Shown here one piece after another: positions 38,248-49,355 of a stretch of 64,000 bases of DNA (its first letter is position 1; each line of letters opens with the position of its first letter). Origin of the DNA: an uncultured Acidobacteriota bacterium (GTDB taxonomy: Bacteria > Actinomycetota > Acidimicrobiia > Spongiisociales > ZC4RG35). Below the pieces are notes generated by a model that saw nothing but the letters and a program-made list of their open reading frames with translations, was not told the DNA's origin and did not search any database. The translations under genes were made by a program, and so were the position numbers. The stretch covers positions 192,001 to 256,000 of the forward strand of contig CAWHEU010000020.1 of the NCBI GenBank assembly GCA_963828465.1, read 5' to 3'.

Positions 38248-39565
38248 ATGTCAGTGATCGGCAGCACCCGGGTGGTCTTGGGCGAGGATGTGCGCCCGGC
38301 ATCGATAAGGATCGAAGAGGGCGTGATCGTCGATATCGGTGCCGGGCCGGGCCGAGGTCGACTTCGGTGACATGGTCGTGATGCCCGGGCTGGTCGACTC
38401 TCACGTCCATGTCAACGAGCCGGGTAGGTCCGAATGGGAGGGGTTCAGGACCGCGACACGAGCCGCAGTCGCCGGGGGGACGACGACGATCGTCGACATG
38501 CCTCTCAATTCGATTCCGCCGACTGTCGACGTCCGCGCCCTGTCGAAGAAGCGGGCGGCGGCCGAGGGGAAGCTGAGTGCCGACGTGGCCTTCTGGGGTG
38601 GCCTCATCCCCGGATCTGAAGATCAGATAGGCCCTCTGGTGGCGGAGGGCGTTTGTGGCTTCAAGTCGTTCCTGGTCGCCTCGGGAGTCGAGGAGTTCCC
38701 GCTGGTGAGCCCCTCGGAGCTCGCCTCGGCCCTGCCCCTCATGCGGGAGCTCGAGGTTCCCTCACTTGTGCACGCTGAGGACCCGGCCCGGATCCTTCGA
38801 CTATTGGGCGATCCGACCGACTACCAGTCGTATCTGGAGACCCGTCCCGCCGACGGGGAGGCTGCAGCGGTCACCACGGTCGCAGATCTGGCCCGGGCCA
38901 CCGGGGCCCGGGTTCATGTGCTCCATGTGTCGTCGGCCGAGGCGGTGAGAGCGGTGGCCGACGGGCCCGACTCGCTCACCGGGGAGACATGTCCCCACTA
39001 TCTGACCTTTTGCGCCGAAGAGATCGGCGCCGGCGCCACCTCGTTCAAATGCGCCCCCCCGATTCGCGCCGCCGAGCACCGCGACGCCCTTTGGGATGGT
39101 CTCATGGACGGGAGCCTGAACATGATCGTCTCCGATCACTCGCCGGCCCCGGCCGAGGTCAAGCGTCTCGACGATGGGGACTTCGGTGAGGCTTGGGGCG
39201 GGATCGGCTCGCTACAGCTGCGCTTGCCCGCAACGTGGACGGGGGCGGTGGAGCGTGAAATCGGGCTGCCGCAGCTGACTCGATGGATGGCCCTCGAGCC
39301 GGCGAGACTCGCCGGGCTCGACGACCGCAAGGGCTCGATCGAGGTCGGGATGGATGCCGACTTCGTCGTCTGGGATCCTGACGGCGTCACCCGCGTCCGG
39401 GGGGGCGACCTCGAACATCGTCACCCCACGACTCCTTACGAGGGGATGTCACTTCGTGGTTCGGTCGTGATGACCATCCTCGCCGGTGTCACCGTCTTCG
39501 ACGGGACGAGTGTCGGCCCCATTGGTGGCAGGATGTTGAGGCGCAATGACCGATCTGATATCTGA
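38248..39565 (+). CDS. allB: Allantoinase (+1 frameshift near 38345)
   Basis: PGLVDSHVHVNEPGR.EWEGF, DMPLNSIP, ETCPHYL, FKCAPPIR, SDHSP, WGGIGSLQ; the N-terminal strands start at ATG 38248 in the adjacent frame. Confidence 0.92.
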
Positions 39566-40980
39566 GGCGGTTGGTGGGCGGGTGGTTGCCTGCAACGACG
39601 AGTTCTTCGCCGAGGCGCACAACCTGCTCCAAACGGCAGATCCGGTGTGGAAAGAGGACGTCTACACCGAACGGGGGAAATGGATGGACGGTTGGGAGAC
39701 CCGGAGACGCCGCGAGCCGGGCCACGATTGGTGTGTTCTCGCCCTCGGAGTGGCGGGGCGGGTGCGGTCGGTAACGGTCGACACCTCCCATTTCACCGGC
39801 AATTACCCCGAATCCTTCTCTTTGGAGGCCTGCGGTGTGGGTGGGGATGAGCGACTCGAGTCGGCCGACTGGGTCGAGATCATCCCCCGTACCTCCCTCT
39901 CCGGTGACACCACGGCGAGTTTCGAGGTCGATGACCCGCATCGGGTCACCCATGTTCGTCTCAACATCTTCCCCGACGGAGGGGTGGCGCGGCTGCGCCT
40001 CGAAGGCGACCCGATACCTGCCCGACATGAGGTGTGTCTCGACGACGAAGGAATCGACCTGGCTTCGTCCGTTGTCGGTGGCGAGGCCCTCGATGCCTCC
40101 GATGTCCACTACTCACCACCCTCCAATCTCCTCCGCCCCACCGAGCCGGCTGGGATGTGGGACGGCTGGGAGACCAAGCGTCGACGTGGGCCGGGCAACG
40201 ACTGGGCCGTCTTCCGCCTCGGATTGCCCGGAACAGTGGACTCGCTGCGAGGTCGACACCCGGCATTTCAAGGGAAACGCACCGGGCTGGGTCTCGGTTC
40301 AGGTCTCGAACGACGGCCAGACTTGGGAGGAGGTGGTCGACCGGGCCGAGGTGAAGCCCGACTCGGTCAATCTCGTGACACTCGATGGCTCTGTTCAAGC
40401 CGGCTTCGTACGTCTCGACATCCATCCCGACGGCGGCGTGGCACGTCTCCGTGTCAAGGGCCGACCCAATCCTGACGGAGCCGAGCGGCTTCGGCTCACA
40501 TATCTGAACGCACTGTTCGACGAGGAGGCGCGGCGCTTCTTTCACACGGCCTGCGCTTCCACGAGCTGGGTCGACCGCATGATCGCGAACCGCCCATTCG
40601 CCGATGGCGATGCCGTGTTGGCCGCAGCAGCCGTCGCCTCCGATGGACTGGGTGAGAGCGACTGGCTCGAGGCCTTTGCCGGTCACCCCCGAATCGGCGA
40701 GAGGGGGAACCACCAGGCCAATCGCGAACAGAGTGGCACCGCCGATGCAGAGGCGTCATTGCTGACCGCGTTGGCGGAGGCGAACAAGGAGTACGAATCA
40801 ACCCACGGTTTCACGTACATCGTCTACGCCTCCGGCAAGACCGCCCAGGAGATGCTCGACATCGCCCGCAGCCGACTCGGCAACACGCGGGACGAGGAGC
40901 TAATCAACGCAGCCGCGGAGCAGCGGGCGATCACCGAGACCAGACTGCGTCGCATGCTCTGCATGGGAGATGCCCGATGA
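39546..40980 (+). CDS. alc: Bifunctional allantoicase / OHCU decarboxylase (+1 frameshift near 40247)
   Basis: Two allantoicase repeats (DGWETRRRR, PDGGVARLR) running in-frame into a UraD domain (RPF, EAFAGHPRIG, EQRAITETRL). Confidence 0.88.
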
Positions 40981-41294
40981 CCGGGCTCAGCACGCACGTT
41001 CTCGACACAGAGTCCGGTCAGCCGGCGTCAGGGGTGAAAGTGACGCTGGAGCGCTCATCGGACGGTGGCTGGCAGCACGTCGGCGAGGGAACGACGGACG
41101 GCGATGGGCGTGTCGCCACTCTCGGGGTCGCCTTGGGCTCCGGCATCTACCGTCTCGTTTTCGCCACGGGCGATGCAGGCAATCCCTTCTTCCCCGAGGT
41201 GCACGTCATCGTCGATCTCGACGATGATCGGGACCACTATCACGTCCCGCTTCTGCTCAGCAGCTACGGGTACACGACCTACCGGGGTAGCTGA
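40977..41294 (+). CDS. uraH: 5-hydroxyisourate hydrolase
   Basis: LSTHVLDT, DGDGR, FFPEV, YHVPLL, C-terminal YRGS. Confidence 0.94.
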   Translation: MTGLSTHVLDTESGQPASGVKVTLERSSDGGWQHVGEGTTDGDGRVATLGVALGSGIYRLVFATGDAGNPFFPEVHVIVDLDDDRDHYHVPLLLSSYGYTTYRGS

Positions 41295-42109
41295 TGGCTC
41301 GGCTCGGCGAGAACCGATGGGGCAAGTCCGATGTTCGGGTGTCGAAGATCCTCCGAACCGAATCGGGTGACGATTTCCTGGACCTGACGGTTCAGGTGCT
41401 GCTCCAGGGCGACGTCGAGGCGGCCCATGTCAGAGGTGACAACAGTGGTGTTCTGCCCACCGACACCATGAAGAACACCGTCTACGGTCTTGCTCAGAAG
41501 CATCTCACTCGAGACCTGGAGGCGTTCGCCGCCGTCCTTGGTGACCGCTTCCTGGAGCGTGAAGGCATCAGCGCAGCCGACGTCTTTGTATCCCAGCTCA
41601 TCTGGAACCGGATGGGCCCGTCGGGCTTCGTCGGTGGGGGCTCAGAGCGACGGTTGGGCCGAGTGGTCGCGGGGACCAATGCCGGGGTGTGGGCCGGAGT
41701 AGACGGATTGGTGGTGCTCAAGACCACGGGGTCGGCCTTCTCCGGTTTCCCCCGGGACGAGTTCACCTTGCTGCCCGAGACGGACGAGCGGATCCTGGCC
41801 ACGTCGGTGAAGGCGGTGTGGCGATATTCAGCCACCCCGGCCGACACCACGGCCACATGGGAGAGGGCGCGTGAGGCCATGATCGAGAGTTTCATGGCAG
41901 AACACTCGGAGTCTGTCCAACACCAGGGATGGATGATGGCCGAGGCTCTGCTGGGAGCGATTCCAGAGATCGAGGAGGTCGACTTTCGCCTCCCCAATCA
42001 GCATCACCTCAGCTACGACCTGTCCAGATTCGGGATCGAGGACGAGCACACGGTCTTTCAGCCGGTCAGCCAACCCTACGGCGACATCGGTTTCATCGTC
42101 ACGCGCTGA
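41294..42109 (+). CDS. pucL: Urate oxidase (uricase)
   Basis: WGKSDV, GDNS.VLPTDTMKNT, LKTTGSAF, SESVQ, PNQHH, PYG. Confidence 0.92.
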   Translation: MARLGENRWGKSDVRVSKILRTESGDDFLDLTVQVLLQGDVEAAHVRGDNSGVLPTDTMKNTVYGLAQKHLTRDLEAFAAVLGDRFLEREGISAADVFVSQLIWNRMGPSGFVGGGSERRLGRVVAGTNAGVWAGVDGLVVLKTTGSAFSGFPRDEFTLLPETDERILATSVKAVWRYSATPADTTATWERAREAMIESFMAEHSESVQHQGWMMAEALLGAIPEIEEVDFRLPNQHHLSYDLSRFGIEDEHTVFQPVSQPYGDIGFIVTR

Positions 42110-42112
42110 GCT

Positions 42113-43438
42113 CTATCCAGCGGTCCGGCTCTCCAGGATGTCGAGGAAGGAGCGGGTCTGGATCTCGTCCAGTGTGAGGCCGCTGCGTGTGGTGGCCTCC
42201 TTCTCGTCGATCGCACCACAGTTGATCGCTCGCAGAAAGAAGTTGAGAAGACCCTGGCCGGTCGCGGCGTCGTCGAACACCTCACCTACGAGGGTGGCCT
42301 GGGCCGCCGACTCGACGAAGTTGGAGAGCCGCTCGCCGGCCTGGTCCAGACCCTCGAGAAAGAAGGCGTAGACGGCGGCATAGCGAGTGGGGAACTGGGC
42401 GGGATGGAGGTCCCACCCCTGGTAGTAGGCGTGGGTCAGCGAATGTCTGATGTGGTCGTAATGGAGCCGCATCGCATCGTGGACGGTCTGGTGGTTCTCC
42501 TCTTCCTGACCCGAGGTCAACTCCTCGCCACGATGCGGTGGCACCGGCATCACGTTGGTCGCCCCGTCGGAGATCCAGACCCCAGTCCCGGCCAGGCTCA
42601 CCTGCAAGGCGTGTCGGGCGAAATCACAGGCCGGGTGCGTCATCGTCTGATAGGCGGCAGTGATGGTGAGCGATGCCGTGTAGTCGTAGGTCCCGAAATG
42701 GGCGCCACGCACGCGGCCCTGCCCGGCGTCGACGAACTTGCGCACCCCTGCTGTCCCGTCCCTGTCGATGACAGTCTGCGGGGTCTCCACCATGAGCTCC
42801 ACCGGGATGGGGTCGATGGCCAGTTCCTGCTCCAGCTCGGCCAGGGCCTCGCCGAGCACCAGGACCTGCTCGACGTCCTGGATCTTGGGGAGGGTCACGG
42901 TGAAGCCGGGTGGGAGATGCCCCCCCTTCTCCACGGCTGTGGTGACGAACAGGTCGAGGGTGCGCAAGGCGCGCCGGTGTAGCTCACCCGAGAGCGACTT
43001 GACCCTGATCCCGGTGAACGGAGGGAGCGTCCCGGCTGTCATGCCGTCGGCTAGCTCGGTGGCAGCCGATCGGGCGTGCCCGTCCTCCTCGTCATCGGGC
43101 CGATGCCCGTAGCCATCCTCGAAATCGACGCGGAAGTCCTCCACCGGCTCTCTTCTCAGTTTCTCGGCCACGAGACCGTGGACTGGCCCGGCCAGCGATT
43201 CGGGGAGGGCGAGAATCGAAGCCAGGTGCTCGGGGGCGGGGGCCCAGCGATCGAGGGCGGCCAGGGACAACTCGCCCAAGCGTTCCGCTGTGTTGGCCGA
43301 GAAGAGATGGGCGCCGCCGTACACGGTGTGCACCGGCTGGCGTTCGGGGCTCTCGCCGGGGAAGTCGGTGCCGAGACGGGTCGCCACCGCCTCGAGACGC
43401 TCACCCCAGCGAGTCATCGAGTCATCGCGCAAGGTCAT
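42113..43438 (-). CDS. DUF6986-type CitE/HpcH/malate-synthase superfamily enzyme
   Basis: RQPVHTVYGGAH, DFEDGYG, GIRVK, MVETPQ, HFGTYDY, DGATN, GWDLHPAQ. Confidence 0.8.
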   Translation of the reverse strand: MTLRDDSMTRWGERLEAVATRLGTDFPGESPERQPVHTVYGGAHLFSANTAERLGELSLAALDRWAPAPEHLASILALPESLAGPVHGLVAEKLRREPVEDFRVDFEDGYGHRPDDEEDGHARSAATELADGMTAGTLPPFTGIRVKSLSGELHRRALRTLDLFVTTAVEKGGHLPPGFTVTLPKIQDVEQVLVLGEALAELEQELAIDPIPVELMVETPQTVIDRDGTAGVRKFVDAGQGRVRGAHFGTYDYTASLTITAAYQTMTHPACDFARHALQVSLAGTGVWISDGATNVMPVPPHRGEELTSGQEEENHQTVHDAMRLHYDHIRHSLTHAYYQGWDLHPAQFPTRYAAVYAFFLEGLDQAGERLSNFVESAAQATLVGEVFDDAATGQGLLNFFLRAINCGAIDEKEATTRSGLTLDEIQTRSFLDILESRTAG

Positions 43439-43476
43439 GGCGGGCGACTCTAAGACAGCAGTTAGCTTTGGTGCCG

Positions 43477-44832
43477 ATGGGAACCCTGCTCGTCCGTCAT
43501 GCCGAAGTGCTGGTGACCATGGGCGGCGAGGAGATCGAGGACGGGGGTCTGTTCGCACGAGACGGTTGGATCGAGCAGGTGGCTCCTACGGCCGAGCTGC
43601 CTGGAGAGGCCGACGAGATGGTCGACCTCAGCGGCCATGTCGTCCTCCCCGGATTGGTCAACACCCACCATCACCTCTATCAGACGCTCACGCGGGTAAT
43701 GCCGGGTGCCCAGGATGCGGGTCTGTTCGATTGGCTTCTCACCCTCTATCCGATCTGGGCGGGGATGACGCCGGATCATGTGCGGGTCTCCACCCGTCTT
43801 GGTCTCGCCGAGCTTGCCTTGAGCGGCTGCACAACCGCCTTCGACCATCACTATTTGTGGCCGAACGGCTCGCGGGTCGACGATCAAATCGAGGGCGCCG
43901 CCCCGGTAGGAGTTCGATTTCATGTCTCGCGCGGGTCGATGAGCCTCGGGCGGTCGGATGGTGGGCTGCCGCCGGATTCTGTCGTCGAGACGAATGATGT
44001 GATCCTCGAGGACTCCCGGCGGGTGGTCGACCTCTTCCACGACCCGTCCCCCGGGTCGATGACGCAGGTCGTCCTCGCCCCGTGCTCTCCGTTCAGCGTG
44101 ACCACCGATCTGATGGAAGAGACCGCCGAATTGGCTCGCGACCTGGAGGTCGCCATGCACACCCATCTCGCCGAGACGGCCGATGAGGAGGACTTCTGCC
44201 TTGGCCGGTTCGGTCGCCGTCCGGTGGAGTACATGGAGGACCTTGGTTGGGCCGGTCCGGATGTGTGGTACGCCCATGCCGTGCACGTGGCCGAGGACGA
44301 AGTGAGACGGATGGGTCATTCCGGGACAGGAGTCGCCCATTGCCCGACCTCGAACATGCGTCTCGCCTCCGGGCTGGCCCCGGTCTCGCGGTATCTGGAG
44401 GCGGGTGTCAGGGTGGGCCTGGGTGTGGACGGCTCGGCTTCGAACGACGCCTCGCACATGATGGGGGAGGTCCGGCAGGCACTCCTGCTCAATCGTCTCG
44501 GTGTCTCGCCGGGGATCGGCGAGGGGCCGCAGATGACGGCGCGGCAGGCGCTCGGTCTGGCCACCATCGGTGGGGCGGGGGTGTTGGGCCGTGACGACAT
44601 CGGGAGACTCGCCCCCGGGATGTGCGCCGACTTCATCGCCTATGACCTGAATCGGGTCGACTTCGCCGGCGCGCTTCACGATCCGGTGGCGGCGGTGGTG
44701 ATGTGCGCCCCGGTGACGGTCGATCACTCCTGGGTCGGCGGTCGGAAGGTCGTCGAGGGCGGCCAATTGACCGGGGTCGACACCGCGTCTCTGGTCAGGG
44801 AGCACAACCGGCTTGCCGCGACACTTGTGTAA
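43477..44832 (+). CDS. 8-oxoguanine deaminase-like amidohydrolase (AtzB family)
   Basis: PGLVNTHHHLYQ, APCSPFSV, HTHLAE, HCPTSNMRLASG, GVDGSASND. Confidence 0.88.
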   Translation: MGTLLVRHAEVLVTMGGEEIEDGGLFARDGWIEQVAPTAELPGEADEMVDLSGHVVLPGLVNTHHHLYQTLTRVMPGAQDAGLFDWLLTLYPIWAGMTPDHVRVSTRLGLAELALSGCTTAFDHHYLWPNGSRVDDQIEGAAPVGVRFHVSRGSMSLGRSDGGLPPDSVVETNDVILEDSRRVVDLFHDPSPGSMTQVVLAPCSPFSVTTDLMEETAELARDLEVAMHTHLAETADEEDFCLGRFGRRPVEYMEDLGWAGPDVWYAHAVHVAEDEVRRMGHSGTGVAHCPTSNMRLASGLAPVSRYLEAGVRVGLGVDGSASNDASHMMGEVRQALLLNRLGVSPGIGEGPQMTARQALGLATIGGAGVLGRDDIGRLAPGMCADFIAYDLNRVDFAGALHDPVAAVVMCAPVTVDHSWVGGRKVVEGGQLTGVDTASLVREHNRLAATLV

Positions 44833-44860
44833 CGGAAACAGGCACTAACTTTGCCCGCCA

Positions 44861-45655
44861 GTGGAGATCGTGCACCCGAACTCGATCGATGAGGCCCTCG
44901 CCGGACTGGGCGAGGGAGCGATCCCACTGGCCGGGGGAACCGATCTCATGGTCGAGGTCAACTTCGGCCACACCCGCCCGGAGCGTGTCATCGGGCTGCG
45001 TCGGCTCGCCGAGCTGAAGGAGTGGGATGGCCAACGGATCGGGGCAGGTGTCACATGGCGCCGGATCGAGACACAGGGCCCCAAGGCCTTGGCCGAAGCG
45101 GCCCGCACCGTGGGCTCACCACAGATCCGGAATGCCGGGACGATTGGTGGGAATCTGGGGACTGCGAGCCCTGCCGGCGACGGGCATCCGTTCCTGGTCG
45201 CGGTCGACGCCTCCATCGAGCTCGCTTCGACGGCGTCACGGCGAACGCTGTCCTGGCAGGAGTTCTTCACCGGTGTCAAGGAGACGGCCCGACGACCAGA
45301 CGAGTTGATCGTGGCGGTCCACCTGCCCGCCGGCCTCCCCGAGCGGCAGTGCTTCGGCAAGATCGGGATCCGAAACGCCATGGTCATAGCCACCGTGTGC
45401 GCCGTGGTCACCCGGGCCGACGACGGCAAGACCACGGTTGCGCTCGGGTCAGTGGCGCCCACCCCGATCAGGGCCACCCGAGCCGAGAACATGATCTCGT
45501 CCATCGGTCATCCGAGCGCGGGAGATCTGGTCGAGTTCCAGCGGCTCGTCAGCGAAGAAGTGCGGCCGATAACCGATCACCGGTCGACTGAGGAGTACCG
45601 GCGCCACGGGGCAGGCGTCCTGGCCAGACGTCTCCTGGAGAGATGCCTCTCGTGA
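44861..45655 (+). CDS. Xanthine dehydrogenase FAD-binding subunit
   Basis: AGGTDLMV, GSPQIRNAGTIGGNL, PITDHRST..YR. Confidence 0.9.
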   Translation: MEIVHPNSIDEALAGLGEGAIPLAGGTDLMVEVNFGHTRPERVIGLRRLAELKEWDGQRIGAGVTWRRIETQGPKALAEAARTVGSPQIRNAGTIGGNLGTASPAGDGHPFLVAVDASIELASTASRRTLSWQEFFTGVKETARRPDELIVAVHLPAGLPERQCFGKIGIRNAMVIATVCAVVTRADDGKTTVALGSVAPTPIRATRAENMISSIGHPSAGDLVEFQRLVSEEVRPITDHRSTEEYRRHGAGVLARRLLERCLS

Positions 45656-46111
45656 TCGTCGAGTTATCGGTCAACGGAGAGCCGGTCACCGCCCGGGTCA
45701 CCAACCCCGGCAGCCTCCTCGATCTCCTGCGTGACGAGCTCGGCCTGCCCGGCTCGAAGAATGCCTGTGAGCAGGGGGAATGTGGATCGTGCAGTGTCAT
45801 CCTCGACGGGGAGCTGGTCTGCTCCTGCCTGGTGATGGCGGCGGATGCCGCCGGTTCGTCGGTGACCACGGTCGAAGGGGTCAGCCCCGACGACGGCCTG
45901 CACCCTGTCCAGGAGGCGATGCACCACGCTGGAGCTGTCCAATGTGGCTTCTGCACACCGGGCATCGTCGTGGCCGCGGTCGACCTGTTTGCCCGGAACC
46001 CTCATCCGAGCAGTAGACGAGATCAAAGAGGCCCTGGCCGGGAACATCTGCCGGTGCACCGGGTACGGCGCCATCATCCGCGCCCTGGAGGAGGTGGGGG
46101 ACGACCGATGA
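45652..46111 (+). CDS. Xanthine dehydrogenase 2Fe-2S subunit (+1 frameshift near 46010)
   Basis: CEQGECGSC, QCGFC, and GNICRCTGY in the shifted frame; stop overlaps the next ATG. Confidence 0.88.
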
Positions 46112-48334
46112 GCACTAGGACGGGACGCCGCGTCGGGGTGCCGCATGGTGTGATCCGGGATTCCCCGCTCCGGCCCGATGGCGTGCCCAAGCTCCGTGGC
46201 GAGTTCGAATACGCCCAGGACCTGAGGAGCCGAGGGGATGCTCTGGGCGGCCACGGTCCGTAGCCCCCACGCCCGGGCACGCATCGCCTCGATCGACCTG
46301 GCCCCGGCGCTGGCAATCGGTGGTGTGCACGCGTGTCTCACAGCAGACGATGTCCCGGGGAGGGCCACGTTTGGATTGGAGCACGCCGACCAGCCGGTTC
46401 TGGCCGGCGACGAGGTCAATTTCTGGGGAGAGCCAGTGGCCGTTGTGGCCGCCGAGGACGACGACACCGCCAGGAGGGCGGCGGCCGCCGTCGAGGTTCG
46501 CTACGAAGAGCTCGACGCTCTGACCGACCCCGAAGAGGCTGACGACCGTGACGACGTGTTTCGCCGGCTGAGCATCAGACGCGGGGACCAGGGCTTGCGC
46601 GGGTCCGTCGTGGTAGAGGGTGAGTACGAGGTCGGGATGCAGGATCAGGCGCCGCTGGGGACCGAGGCCGGGCTCGCCATCCCTGACGGCCAGGGCGGTG
46701 TCGACCTGTACGCGACGAGCCAATACGTGCACGTAGATCAAGAGCAGGTGGTGGCCAGCCTCGGACTACGACCGGATCAGGTGCGTGCCCACCCGACGGG
46801 GATCGGTGGCGCCTTCGGGGCCAGAGAAGACGTCAACCTGCACATCCATCTCTGCATGCTGGCCCTCCACACTGGGCGGCCGGTCAAGATGGTCTATCAC
46901 CGCTCGGAGTCGTTCACCGGGCACGTCCACCGCCACCCGGCGTGGCTCCGTTACCGCCACGAGTCCGATGAGGACGGACGTCTGGTCCGGGTCGAAGCGC
47001 GGGTGATGATCGACGGCGGTGCCTACGCCTCGACCACATCCGCCGTTCTGGCCAACGCCTGCTATTTCGCAGTCGGGCCATATCGCAGCGACTCGGTCGC
47101 GGTCGACGGGGTGGGAGCCCGCACCAACAACCCGCCGTGTGGGGCGATGAGGGGATTTGGAGCGGTACAGGTCTGCTTTGCCTACGAAGCACAAATGGAC
47201 CGGCTCGCCGCGGCCCTCGGGATGGACCCGCTCGATCTGCGCGAGCTGAATGCCCTCGGCACCGGCGACCCCATGCCGACCACAGGGCAGGTCATCGAGA
47301 CTCCGCTTCCCACGATCGAGGTGATACGGAGTCTGCAGGCGATGCCTCTTCCGGAACCGGCAACGACGGCTCATCACAGTGAGCTTCCTGGGGGCTCGGG
47401 TCTCACCACCGAGCCACATCACGTTCGGAGAGGGGTGGGATATGCCCTCGGTCTCAAGAACCTCGGCTTCTCTGAGGGATCCGATGACTACGCCCAGGCA
47501 AGGGTTCGGCTCACTCCTGATGGTGCCATGGTCGAAACCGCCGCGATAGAAGTCGGGCAGGGACTGGTCACCGTCCTGGCTCAGATCGTCCGCAGCGCGC
47601 TGGGGATCTCCGGCGTGGACGTGATCCACGTGGACACATCGAAGATCGACTCAGCCGGCTCCACCTCGGCTTCGAGGCAGACCCAGCTCTCCGGTGGGGC
47701 CACTCTCGAGGCCTCGGTAAAACTCCGGCAGAGGGTCCTGGACAGACACGAAGGCGAGGAACTCGACGATGACGGGGTCTGGAACGGCGATGAGCTTGTG
47801 GCCCCCTGGTCGGTCCTGGCTGAGGAAGGCTGGGAAGAGACAGTCACCTTCCGGCACCCGCCCACGACCGGCCCGGACGAGAACGGTCAGGGCGTGATAC
47901 ACGCCGACTTCGCCGTGGCCGGCCATCGGGCGGTGGTCGACGTCGACACCGAGCTGGGTCTGGTCAAGGTGGTCCGTGTCGACACTGCCCAAGACGTGGG
48001 TCTCGCCCTGAATCCGCTGTCGGTGCGGGGTCAGATCGAAGGCGGCATCCTCCAGGGGGTGGGTCTGGCCGTGATGGAGGAGCTGGTGATGAGGGATGGT
48101 GTCATTCTCAACCCGACATTCACCGACTACCTGCTCCCCACCATCCTCGATGCACCGGAAGTCGAAGCCCTTTTGATCGAGAGGGAGGGATCCTGGGGCC
48201 CCTTCGGGGCGAAAGGCGTGGGAGAGCCGCCGACCATCTCCTCGACGGCGGCGGTCGCGGCTGCGATTCGAAACGCCACGGGCAAGGAGCTCAACCGGGT
48301 CCCGATCCGCCCTCAAGACATCGCCCTCGAATGA
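46108..48334 (+). CDS. Xanthine dehydrogenase molybdopterin subunit, PucD-like (+1 frameshift near 46228)
   Basis: RPDGVPK N-terminus, IGGAFGARE, AMRGFG, GSTSASRQT, GQIEGG, AKGVGEPP. Confidence 0.9.
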
Positions 48335-48344
48335 GGCCCTGGTC

Positions 48345-49355
48345 ATGGATGATCTGATCACACGCATTCCCAAGGCCGAGTTGCACGTCCATATAGAGGG
48401 CACCCTGGAGCCGGACATGATGTTCCGCCTCGCCACCCGGAACGGGCTGTCGCTCCCCTACGAGGACATCGACGAGGTCCACGCCGCCTACCGGTTCTCC
48501 GACCTCCAGTCGTTCCTCGACATCTACTACCTGGGAAGCGAGGTCCTCCGGACCCCGGATGACTTCTATGACCTCATGACCGCCTACCTGGACCGGGCTG
48601 CCGACGACGGTGTGCGTCACGCCGAGATCTTCTTCGATCCCCAGATCCACACCGGGCGGGGGATCGGCTTCGAGGTGTTCATGAGAGGATTCCGGGACGC
48701 CATCTCGGATGGCCGCAGGCGGCGGGGGATCAGTGCCGCCCTGATCATGTGCTTTCTCCGTCATCTGTCGGGGGAGGAGGCCCTCTCCACGATCGAGGAG
48801 GCCGAGCCATTCCTCGACGGGGTGATCGGGGTCGGCATCGATTCGTCGGAGCGCGATCGCCCTCCGCAGCTGTTCGAGAGGGCCTTTGCCCGGGCCCGGC
48901 AGCTCGGTCTTCGCACCGTCGCCCATGCCGGAGAGGAGGGCCCGCCGGAGTACGTCCGAGCCGCCCTCGACGTCCTCGGAGCGGAGCGGATCGATCACGG
49001 TGTGCGCAGCCTCGAGGACCCGCAGCTGGTGGCGAGGTTGAGCCGCGACAAGGTTCCGCTCACGGTGTGCCCTTTGTCCAACGTGGCCCTGAAGGTCGTC
49101 GAGGACCTGGCACGACATCCACTTCCCGCGATGATCGAGGCCGGGCTGGTGGTGTCGGTCAACTCGGACGATCCGGCCTACTTCGGTGGGTACATCGGCG
49201 ACAATTACCGCGGTGTCCGGGATGATCTGGGCCTCGACGATGCCACGATCACCAACATCGCCCGCAACTCGATCAACTCATCCTTCCTCGATGACAGGAG
49301 GAAGACCGCGTTGCTCCTCGATCTCGAGTCCTTCTCAGCGGGGGACGAGGGCTAG
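48345..49355 (+). CDS. add: Adenosine/adenine deaminase
   Basis: PKAELHVHIEG, AHAGEEG, RIDHG, CPLSN, NSDDPAYF. Confidence 0.92.
   Translation: MDDLITRIPKAELHVHIEGTLEPDMMFRLATRNGLSLPYEDIDEVHAAYRFSDLQSFLDIYYLGSEVLRTPDDFYDLMTAYLDRAADDGVRHAEIFFDPQIHTGRGIGFEVFMRGFRDAISDGRRRRGISAALIMCFLRHLSGEEALSTIEEAEPFLDGVIGVGIDSSERDRPPQLFERAFARARQLGLRTVAHAGEEGPPEYVRAALDVLGAERIDHGVRSLEDPQLVARLSRDKVPLTVCPLSNVALKVVEDLARHPLPAMIEAGLVVSVNSDDPAYFGGYIGDNYRGVRDDLGLDDATITNIARNSINSSFLDDRRKTALLLDLESFSAGDEG

Noticed and set aside
23082-48334. Genome decay, pseudogenisation or programmed frameshifting
   Set aside because: Each gene has a single +1 lesion, intact catalytic motifs, no premature stops and no shared slippery site; an artefact is more parsimonious
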